Source of the DNA: Candidatus Curtissbacteria bacterium | GTDB taxonomy: Bacteria; Patescibacteriota; Microgenomatia; Curtissbacterales; GWA2-41-24 | Reading direction: 5' to 3' | NCBI GenBank assembly: GCA_016183325.1 | Contig: JACPEV010000008.1 | Span: 472 to 64,471 of the forward strand | DNA length: 64,000 nt | Part shown: positions 48,872 to 56,512 of the stretch, one piece after another | How positions within the stretch are numbered: the stretch's first letter is position 1 | Layout: each line of letters begins with the position of its first letter | Made by a program: the position numbers and the translations under genes | The notes under the pieces: model-generated | Database searches by the model: none | Seen by the model: only the letters and a program-made list of their open reading frames with translations | What the model was told of the DNA's origin: nothing

Positions 48872-49728
48872 TTCTCCAAAAGTCTTTTTAGCTGTTCGTT
48901 AGCTTCGTCGGGGGAAATAGTTGATTCTGCAGGTCTGTAAAGTCTTGTGTCTCCTTTGTGAAATATCCTGCGATCGATTAATTTTTGTTCTCCTTCTTGA
49001 TTAACTAAGAAAATTTCTAAAAATGTATTGCTTTTTTCATCGACTTTTGGTTGAAAAGCTAGCTCTTTTCCGTAAGACGTTCGTATTTCTTTATTATTTA
49101 ATACGACGGCTTTACCTCTAACCATTCCTATATGAAAGCTGTCTGTTCGAGTGAAATTCCACGTCCAAAATTCTTTCAGCATGTGTGGTTCTATCTCTTT
49201 TCTTCCACCGAGGTAATCTAAAAAAATCTGTCTTTCAAAACCATGCCAACTTTCTACTTTTAGGTTTTGAGCGTCAATCCTAAACGATTGAATTAGTTCA
49301 TTAAAATCTACTACATCCCTTAATCCTAATTCGTGGAAATCAATCCATTGATATAATTTATTTTCGTCTTCTCTAGGAAAAGCTAAGATTATTCCGCTGT
49401 TGCGGATAATTTTTTGCGATAATGGATTGAGGCTAAAGATTACTGTCCTTCCTTGAATTCTGCCACCTATGTAAAATCTTGTTCCGACTTTATTATCACC
49501 TCTGGCTTCTTCTATCAAAAACGGTGGAATTTCTTCAAAAGGAAATCTTCCTCTGAGAAAAGCGTGCAGAAAAGCTACGCCCTCCTCCTGGTCTACTGCG
49601 TATATGGGTGAAGGTTTCCATGGATCTGGCTCTACTTGCGAAGGATCAGACCTGTCTCCCAATTCCAAATCTATTATTTTAATGAATCGTTTACTATTGG
49701 GACTTTTTGGTTGCATCTCTGGATTCAT
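48868..49728 (-). CDS. Hypothetical protein with ISPDEANEQL tag
   Basis: 286 aa, possible two-fold internal repeat; ends ISPDEANEQLKRLLEN*. Confidence 0.82.
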   Translation of the reverse strand: MNPEMQPKSPNSKRFIKIIDLELGDRSDPSQVEPDPWKPSPIYAVDQEEGVAFLHAFLRGRFPFEEIPPFLIEEARGDNKVGTRFYIGGRIQGRTVIFSLNPLSQKIIRNSGIILAFPREDENKLYQWIDFHELGLRDVVDFNELIQSFRIDAQNLKVESWHGFERQIFLDYLGGRKEIEPHMLKEFWTWNFTRTDSFHIGMVRGKAVVLNNKEIRTSYGKELAFQPKVDEKSNTFLEIFLVNQEGEQKLIDRRIFHKGDTRLYRPAESTISPDEANEQLKRLLEN

Positions 49729-50843
49729 TATTCCTCCAAAAGTCTTCTTAACTGTTCATTGGCTTCGTCAGGGGAAATGATTACATCTACCGAATTTTTA
49801 TTTGTGTCACTAAGACCTAGCTTTGCTCTCAAAGCTCTAATACGACCTGGATAAGCTCGAATTGCACCCCATAGGTCATACCTGTTTTTTGCTTGCAATG
49901 CATTTCTTGTAAGTAATCCTTCCTGCTGGAAGAATTCCCAAGCCTCTTTTTCTATTACTTCTGAAGTCCAATATCCTTTCTTCCTTATTAGTCTAATATC
50001 AAGCCCTAGATCTCTTTTTAAGCCTGTCATTTTCCCAGGATAAAATTTACCAATAGCTGTTCTAAGATCGCCCCTTCCTTGCCTAGCTAATAAATTTGTT
50101 GTTAAATGTTCCTCTTCTCCTAAAAAAGCTAAAGCTGCTTTTCGGATTTCTTCTGGGGTCCAGTAATGATATGGCTTTGCAGATGGTCCTAAACCTAAAT
50201 CTTGTTTTAACTGCCTTATTCCACCTGGATAATGTCGTAGGATAGCATTAAGTAAGTCATTTCTATGGCCCTCGAAAAGCAATCGGGCGCTAATTTTTCC
50301 TTCTTGATCTAGAAACCCTTTGGACTCCTCGAAGATCATTTCCTTTGTCCAATAATTTCCAGGTTTTTTAATTATCTTAAGACCAAGATTTCTTCTGAGC
50401 CCCACCATTCCATCTGGATAATATTTAGCTACTGCAGCGACAAAGCTTGATAAGCCAGCTTTTACCAATGTTCGTTGTTTTAAGTCTGAGCCTTCTGTAT
50501 CCAATCTACGACCCTCGTGTTCTATATTGGTTAGCTCCCGCCAGAATCCGGATGGTCTTGATGATGAAGGTACGCCAAGATTCACTTTTAAACCTGAAAA
50601 ACCTCCAGGATAGTAATGAACAATACCATAAAGCAGATCAAACTTTCCTGCACGGCTCAAGTTAACTCTTGTAAGATCATTTCCTTGTTGAATAAATCCA
50701 GTTGCTTCTGCAAGAACAACCGCGCCTAATAATCCTTGATCTTCTAATAACCTCCAACGGATCCTACCTCTATCATCTCGCGGTATGTCAATAGATTGGA
50801 AATCTTCCTCGGTCTTAGTAGCAAAAACAGTTCTTTCAGCCAT
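49728..50843 (-). CDS. Repeat protein (5 x ~63-aa YPG..L...LGL...P.GYWT units) with ISPDEANEQL tag
   Basis: Five YPG/YPD-centred repeats; ends ISPDEANEQLRRLLEE*. Confidence 0.85.
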   Translation of the reverse strand: MAERTVFATKTEEDFQSIDIPRDDRGRIRWRLLEDQGLLGAVVLAEATGFIQQGNDLTRVNLSRAGKFDLLYGIVHYYPGGFSGLKVNLGVPSSSRPSGFWRELTNIEHEGRRLDTEGSDLKQRTLVKAGLSSFVAAVAKYYPDGMVGLRRNLGLKIIKKPGNYWTKEMIFEESKGFLDQEGKISARLLFEGHRNDLLNAILRHYPGGIRQLKQDLGLGPSAKPYHYWTPEEIRKAALAFLGEEEHLTTNLLARQGRGDLRTAIGKFYPGKMTGLKRDLGLDIRLIRKKGYWTSEVIEKEAWEFFQQEGLLTRNALQAKNRYDLWGAIRAYPGRIRALRAKLGLSDTNKNSVDVIISPDEANEQLRRLLEE

Positions 50844-50851
50844 GATGAGGA

Positions 50852-50880
50852 ATTTTACAATATTTGGCCTATAGTTTCAA
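50852..50880 (-). promoter_or_regulatory. Promoter of four-gene tag operon
   Basis: TTGAAActataggccaaatattgTAAAAT-N8-ATG (17-nt spacer). Confidence 0.8.
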
Positions 50881-50936
50881 GTGGGCCCATGATATTATTA
50901 CTGCCTGTAGTTTATTAAACGAGTATATTACTCGCT

Positions 50937-50961
50937 TGATAGTTATCTAACAAGTGGCTTA
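50937..50961. promoter_or_regulatory. Shared 25-bp upstream box, copy 2
   Basis: TGATAGTTATCTAACAAGTGGCTTA. Confidence 0.75.
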
Positions 50962-50973
50962 CTGAGTAGGCGG

Positions 50974-51134
50974 TTAATGATATATGGATAATTTTTGCGC
51001 AAGTTCTTTTTGGAGATTTTCGACCTTCACTCTTTCTTGTTTAGCCGTATCACGATCCCGAATCGTGACGGTGTCGTCTTCGAGTGTCGCAAAGTCTATG
51101 GTTATGCAGTAGGGTGTTCCGATTTCGTCCTGGG
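50974..51134 (-). pseudogene. Diverged copy of glyQS 3' end (right island boundary)
   Basis: [52 protein letters not shown]. Confidence 0.9.
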
Positions 51135-51180
51135 TGGAGCCTTGAATAGGCTTAAGGAATGTTATATTATTATCTATATC

Positions 51181-51372
51181 ATGGGAATCATTGATCTAAG
51201 AAGAGTCTTGAAAAATCGTCGTTCCGGGTGGATCTCTATTTCGAAAGACTACAAAAGGGTTATTGCCAAAGACCAAACCTTAGGGGGTCTTGTCAAAAAA
51301 CTGCAAAGGCTTGGCAATCCCGAAGGATATCTTGTCAAGGCAGCGAACGATTATTCCAGATATGTGGGCTGA
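51181..51372 (+). CDS. DUF5678-like protein
   Basis: [31 protein letters not shown]; TGATG coupling to protease. Confidence 0.7.
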   Translation: MGIIDLRRVLKNRRSGWISISKDYKRVIAKDQTLGGLVKKLQRLGNPEGYLVKAANDYSRYVG

Positions 51373-51899
51373 TGAAACCTGTTATTTTGCAGCCACCAAT
51401 AAAGATCTGGTATAAAACGCTTCCCGGATTTTCAAAAATCATTTGGCCAATACTTGATATCAAATTGTCTATAAATAGTTTCGTTCTTCCTCAACCTATC
51501 TTTTCGCTTGTAGATTCCGGTGCGAGTATTTCTATAATCCATCCACAGATAGCCGAGATATTAGGATTTGACCGAGAAAGATTAGGCAAATCGCGATCGT
51601 CAGGAAAATCAGCCAGCGGTGATTATAAATCTTGGATTTTACCGAATCTTGTTGAAGTAAATATTTATGGCCATTTGTTTAATTTTAGGTTCGAAGTATT
51701 AGATAATCCAAATCTTATGTGGCCATGTATTTTGGGAGAAGATTCAATCTTTCAAGTTGCCAAGGTTGATTTTTCAAAATTCAGAGGTTATTTTGAATTG
51801 AGGATTAGACTAAAAGAAGATAAATCTAGGAGTTTGGCCGAACTTGCTAAAAACACGTACGGTGCATGGAAAGAACCGGTTAGGAAAATTTCTTCATAA
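51372..51899 (+). CDS. Retropepsin-like aspartyl protease
   Basis: SLVDSGAS, ILGEDSIF. Confidence 0.82.
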   Translation: MKPVILQPPIKIWYKTLPGFSKIIWPILDIKLSINSFVLPQPIFSLVDSGASISIIHPQIAEILGFDRERLGKSRSSGKSASGDYKSWILPNLVEVNIYGHLFNFRFEVLDNPNLMWPCILGEDSIFQVAKVDFSKFRGYFELRIRLKEDKSRSLAELAKNTYGAWKEPVRKISS

Positions 51900-53409
51900 G
51901 AATATTTGCAAGTGTGTCCACTTTTACTCTTTCCTGTTTGGCCGTGTCACGATCCCGGATCGTGACAGTGTCGTTTTCCAAAGTTTCGAAGTCGATGGTG
52001 ATGCAATAGGGTGTGCCGATTTCGTCTTGGGCGAAGTAGCGTTTGCCGATGTTGCCGCGATCGTCCCAAGCAACAGGTTGCAGTAAATGGTGAATGGATA
52101 ATTGTGAATAGAGCAAGCGGGCTTTTTTGACGAGATCGGGTTTATTGGCAAGAAGCGGGAAAACGGCGGCTTTAAAGGGGGCGAGTTTGGGGTGGAGTTT
52201 AAGAATTACTCTCTTTGCTATATCCCCCGAACCCGGTTTGGAGGATTTTTGCAAACCGGGTTCGTCTTTTGCTGGTTCCTCTGTATAAGCATCGATTAAG
52301 AAAAAAAGCGCGGCGCGATCGACTCCTCCCGAAGTTTCGATGATATATGGAAGGTATTTTTTATTTTTCGCAGGCTCAAAATAGGTCATATCGACGCCGG
52401 AATGTTTTTGATGCTGAGACAGATCCCAGTCTCCCCTATTGTGAATTCCTTCAAATTCTTTCCAGCCTCCGCCAGAGGCGGATAGATCGTATTCAATATC
52501 CCAGGCGTCTTTGGCGTAGTGAGCACGCTCGCCTTCTTCGTGCTGACGAAACCTAAGTTTGTCTTTTTTCATTCCGAGCTCCAAGTACCATTTCATGCGC
52601 TCGTTTTTCCAGTATTCGTACCATTTTTCGGATTCTTCCTTTTCTGGTTTGACATAATATTGAAGTTCCATTTGTTCAAATTCACGGGAGCGAAATGTAA
52701 AGTTACCGGGAGTAATTTCGTTTCGGAAGGCCTTGCCGATTTGGGCAATTCCGAAAGGAATTTGGACTCGAGTGGAATCGAGGATGTTTTTGAAATTGAC
52801 ATGGACACCTTGAGTGATTTCACCGCGAAGATAAACTTTTTGTTTGGCGTCTTCAACAACGCCGAGTTTGGCTTCAACAAGGAGATTGAATTTTTTAGGT
52901 TCTGTAAAATTGTGCTCTTTATCTTTGGTGGGATTTTCTACGATTTCTTTAAAATCATGCTTATTTTTACCATCCATGCAGTAAATGAACGGTAAAATTT
53001 CGCTTTGCTCTTGAGATAATGACCAAGAAGTTACATTTGTTGAGATCGAACTTGTCTTTGTAAAAACCATGTGCTTCAATTTCTCTTTTGCTTCTGTAAC
53101 ATTATCAGCCCTGAACCTCTTATGACAAATTTTGCATTCTACAAGTGGATCAGTAAACGCTTTGACATGACCGGAGGCTTCCCAGACTTTGGGATTCATG
53201 AGAATTGCAGTGTCGATGCCCACTACATCGTCCCTACCGTAAACCATCGACTGCCAAAAAGCCTTTTTGATGTTGTTTTTGAGCTCGACTCCGAGAGGAC
53301 CATAATCCCAAGTTCCCCCAAGTCCGCCGTAGATTTCAGAACCGGGATAAATAAAGCCACGACGCTTTGCGAGAGAAACAATTTTTTCTAAATTCGTAAT
53401 TTTATCCAC
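51880..53409 (-). CDS. glyQS: Glycine--tRNA ligase (alpha2 type)
   Basis: KRRGF..GSEIYGG..WDYGPLG, LRGEITQG, GKAFRNEITP, REFEQME, anticodon domain DEIGTP. Confidence 0.98.
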   Translation of the reverse strand: MDKITNLEKIVSLAKRRGFIYPGSEIYGGLGGTWDYGPLGVELKNNIKKAFWQSMVYGRDDVVGIDTAILMNPKVWEASGHVKAFTDPLVECKICHKRFRADNVTEAKEKLKHMVFTKTSSISTNVTSWSLSQEQSEILPFIYCMDGKNKHDFKEIVENPTKDKEHNFTEPKKFNLLVEAKLGVVEDAKQKVYLRGEITQGVHVNFKNILDSTRVQIPFGIAQIGKAFRNEITPGNFTFRSREFEQMELQYYVKPEKEESEKWYEYWKNERMKWYLELGMKKDKLRFRQHEEGERAHYAKDAWDIEYDLSASGGGWKEFEGIHNRGDWDLSQHQKHSGVDMTYFEPAKNKKYLPYIIETSGGVDRAALFFLIDAYTEEPAKDEPGLQKSSKPGSGDIAKRVILKLHPKLAPFKAAVFPLLANKPDLVKKARLLYSQLSIHHLLQPVAWDDRGNIGKRYFAQDEIGTPYCITIDFETLENDTVTIRDRDTAKQERVKVDTLANILMKKFS

Positions 53410-53507
53410 GATAATTTGTCAGCTTGCTGAATTATGAAGATAGAATTATGAATCAAGGGTAAAACTTTCAAGGAACATAATTCATACTTCTTAATTCACT
53501 ATTCAAT

Positions 53508-54341
53508 TTATTGTGACGATACTACTACAAATGTGGCGAAGTTGGAAATGACGGCGCTTATGGTCTTGTTTTTCTCGTTGAAGGTTGACTCTAACTCTTC
53601 TATCTGCCCGTCATTATGATTATATGCATATATCTTTGCGTCCTCGTCTGATTTTATTTCGAGCTTGGCATTTTGTAAGAACTTAGGAGGAATTGAAAAG
53701 ATTCCGTAAACCGGAAGCTTGGCTGATTTAAATTTATCGTCTTTGGGAATTCCTACTGTGTCTGCTGTAATAACCCAATAATCTTTATCGAGACTTAAGC
53801 TAGAAACCGTGATATTTCCGAGTGAATCATGGATTGAGTTTGTTTGACCTGTGACACGCATTATGTCCCACTTTGTTTCAGAAAGATATTCGGTTTCACC
53901 CTTGAACATGTGCATCGTAAGTTTGCCGTCTGTAATGCCTTGATCAGGGCTTCTGACTTTCTTAGAAGCAGTGCCTAAAAGAATCGATTTTTTGAATTTC
54001 GCGTCTTTAGTATTAACATCTGTACCTGTTGCGCCCCTTTCTAATTTTTGTCCAGGAACCTGAGGGTTATCTGCAAGATAAATCAGTTCATATTCGATTT
54101 TGTCAAAACTGGCCATATTTTCAACAGAAATGACAATTTCTACACCGTCTGATGTCGGGGTTAAAGTTACATATGGTCTTTCTTCTGTTTTAAGGTTTGC
54201 GACTTCTTTTACCTCGTTTGAGGCAACATCTGTTTCGATTTCTTTTGGTTTTTTTTGGAAGATAAAGAGAAAATAAATGGCAGTTATTATGACCAGTAAA
54301 CTTATAGCGGCAATAATATAGGTGCTGCGCTTAGATTCCAT
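53508..54341 (-). CDS. Membrane-anchored hypothetical protein
   Basis: N-terminal TM, beta-rich extracytoplasmic part. Confidence 0.75.
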   Translation of the reverse strand: MESKRSTYIIAAISLLVIITAIYFLFIFQKKPKEIETDVASNEVKEVANLKTEERPYVTLTPTSDGVEIVISVENMASFDKIEYELIYLADNPQVPGQKLERGATGTDVNTKDAKFKKSILLGTASKKVRSPDQGITDGKLTMHMFKGETEYLSETKWDIMRVTGQTNSIHDSLGNITVSSLSLDKDYWVITADTVGIPKDDKFKSAKLPVYGIFSIPPKFLQNAKLEIKSDEDAKIYAYNHNDGQIEELESTFNEKNKTISAVISNFATFVVVSSQ

Positions 54342-54963
54342 TTAAAAATCGTGAGGTGGTTAGCTTTGATTGTGTCAGGCCCTCAATTAATCTATCAAGA
54401 AATAATAAAATGTTGGAGTAAGAATTTTGAGTCAATTTAATTTTTCCCTTGATGGTTTCAAAATTGTCTTTCTCAAATGTGGCAAGGATGTACTTTACTT
54501 TTGGATTTTTAAGATAATGACTAGTAAAAAAGCCAAGGCTTGAAAGAAGTTTAATTTTGAATACACACGAAAGCAGAGAAAATTGTTCGTCTTTTTCTAT
54601 TCTTTTTAAGAACTGCACAAGAAGAATGAAAACTTCTAGATTCTTTTGATGGGATGCTGTCAAATTTTCAACGATTTCCAAAAGATGATAGATGCGATTG
54701 GCGCGCTCTTCGGTGAAATTGGCGATGCCAAAAGCGCGTTTGGTTTCGGCTTCTGTCACGAGATCAATGTTTTTACCGCGGGCAACAAAAAGTTTGCACC
54801 AATTGCCAAGTTCAATGTGGCCGGCCTTTTTAGATCGTGGACGACGGGCACCTTTGGCGATTGCCGTGATTTTGCCGTGGTCGCGGGTGAAGATTGTCAA
54901 AAGCCTGTCCGCTTCCCCAAAGTTGCGCTTTTTGAGAATTACTCCCTCGGTCGCAAAGTACAT
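54331..54963 (-). CDS. recO: DNA repair protein RecO
   Basis: TEGVILK..NFGEADR.LTIFT..HGKI.AIAKGARR..SK. Confidence 0.93.
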   Translation of the reverse strand: MYFATEGVILKKRNFGEADRLLTIFTRDHGKITAIAKGARRPRSKKAGHIELGNWCKLFVARGKNIDLVTEAETKRAFGIANFTEERANRIYHLLEIVENLTASHQKNLEVFILLVQFLKRIEKDEQFSLLSCVFKIKLLSSLGFFTSHYLKNPKVKYILATFEKDNFETIKGKIKLTQNSYSNILLFLDRLIEGLTQSKLTTSRFLNGI

Positions 54964-55095
54964 ACCACTATTGTATCAAGTATCATGGATCAAGTTTCAA
55001 GTTTTGATAAAATCAGCATTACCTACTTATCAAGGTATTCTAAATCCGGTTTGGAATAGCTTTACAAATCAGGATTTCGACGGTATCTAATTCCC

Positions 55096-55141
55096 TACTC
55101 GCCAAGCTAATCCGAACCCGGTTTGGTCTACGTTGGCGAGC
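55096..55141. repeat. REP hairpin downstream of RAYT
   Basis: CTCGCCAAGCTAATCCGAACCCGGTTTGGTCTACGTTGGCGAG; inverted copy at 55844-55896. Confidence 0.8.
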
Positions 55142-55146
55142 AAGGG

Positions 55147-55821
55147 TTATTCTAGGGTGAGATGTTTGATTATGTTAAGTTTTTGCTGATAGCCGGCTTG
55201 ATCATAAACGAATTTTCTGTAATCTTGAATGGATTTAAAGTAATTTAAAATTACCTGCGTGTTTACAAAGCTTTGAACATTTCCTTCATTTAAATAACTT
55301 CTAAATGACGACCACGGATAGTTATCTAAATCCCCTATTCTGATAATAAAAGCAGACACGGGATTCAAGTGAATATATCTTGAGACATGTAATAATTGTT
55401 CATCATTTTCAATTCTCACTGCTTTGAACATAGATTGAAATAGTGAGCCAGTTCTTTCATTTTTAGTATTAAAGTATTTCGAGCAACTATGCTGAAAGTT
55501 TGTCATAAAATTGGAAATTGATTTTTCCTCTAAAGCTTTTAACAAGAAATGTACATGGTTTGGCATAATACAAAAAGCAATAATTTCTAAGAAAGGTTTA
55601 TAACTTCGTGCTAAATTTTCTAAAAAAACAGCCCTTTGAGCTGCTGGTAATTGTTTATACTTGGAAAACTTTAATGGCGGTTTTGGGTATCGATAAAAAC
55701 TGATAACCTCAAGAGCTCGCTGATAATCCTTTTGGCTTAGAAAAATTGGCTGTTTGGCAATACTTCTGTTAAAAACATGATAAACTTCTCCAGGAACTAA
55801 AGGTATTTTGCGATAAGGCAT
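55147..55821 (-). mobile_element. REP-associated tyrosine transposase (RAYT, HUH Y1)
   Basis: YHVFNR, CIMPNHVHFLL (HUH), G.LFQ, YIHLNP, YPWSS; flanked by inverted REPs. Confidence 0.9.
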
Positions 55822-55843
55822 ATCTTGATCTTAATCGAGTATT

Positions 55844-55896
55844 CCTTACTTGTCAACGTATTCCGAACCGGGTTCGGACTAGCTTGGCGAGTAAGG
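55844..55896. repeat. REP hairpin upstream of RAYT
   Basis: CCTTACTTGTCAACGTATTCCGAACCGGGTTCGGACTAGCTTGGCGAGTAAGG. Confidence 0.8.
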
Positions 55897-55972
55897 ATAA
55901 GGCAGTTTGCAAGTTTTGCGGGCTTTGATTTGTTCAAGACCTCTGTATCAAGTATCATATATCAAACGGCAT

Positions 55973-56512
55973 ATGAAAACTGGGGAAATATATGATGTAG
56001 TGGACAAACGAGGCAGGAAAATCGGGTCTGCTACTTGGGTTGAATGTCATACAAAGGGCTTATTGCATCAAGCTGTTCATGGAATTTTATTTAAAGATAA
56101 GTCAAGAAAAGAGGTTTTAATCAAGAGAAGAAGTCTCGGAATGGTTCAGGGACCAGGTCAATGGGAAATTGCCGTGGCAGGACATATGATTTCCGGTGAT
56201 ACACCAAAACAAGCAATATTAAAAGAAATTGAAGAAGAACTCTTCTGTGAGAATAAAGTACCAAGTGACATAATCGTAAAAAGGATTTGTTCTTATTTTA
56301 ATAACGATATTTTGGATAATCATGAAATTGCTTACCTATTTGAAATAATATACCCTGGGCCATTTTATATTGATCAAGAAGAGTCAAGCGGAGAGCCGAA
56401 GTGGGTAAACTTGATGGATTTAGTAAATGATACGAAATTTAATCCAAAAAAATATGCTCAGTTTTCAATTAATGCAATTAATACTTATCTTTCAAGGAGT
56501 CCACAAACTTAG
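55973..56512 (+). CDS. NUDIX hydrolase (IDI/YfcD-like)
   Basis: YDVVD..G..IG, H..GLLH, PG.W...VAGH...G.T...A..KEI.EEL. Confidence 0.85.
   Translation: MKTGEIYDVVDKRGRKIGSATWVECHTKGLLHQAVHGILFKDKSRKEVLIKRRSLGMVQGPGQWEIAVAGHMISGDTPKQAILKEIEEELFCENKVPSDIIVKRICSYFNNDILDNHEIAYLFEIIYPGPFYIDQEESSGEPKWVNLMDLVNDTKFNPKKYAQFSINAINTYLSRSPQT

Noticed and set aside
45530-49778. The ISPDEANEQL tag as a purely DNA-level repeat or RBS artefact
   Set aside because: Although GAGG/GGAG in the tag can act as SD for the next gene, variation is mostly synonymous and the tag is also kept on the last gene of each operon. A secondary role in gene shuffling is not excluded.
40879-50843. Prophage or standard restriction-modification system
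   Set aside because: No structural, terminase or integrase genes; no recognisable DNA-MTase motif IV or nuclease motif.
50995-51180. 5' extensions of ORFs 50995..51372 and 51228..51899, and ORF 51844..52086
   Set aside because: The 50995 extension and ORF 51844..52086 are antisense shadows of glyQS and its relic, and the 51228 extension overlaps the DUF5678-like gene in another frame; the true starts are most likely 51181 and 51372.
40670-52030. Diversity-generating retroelement TR/VR pairs explaining the glyQS or ftsZ tail copies
   Set aside because: Differences are mainly third-codon-position and not adenine-specific; no reverse transcriptase is present.
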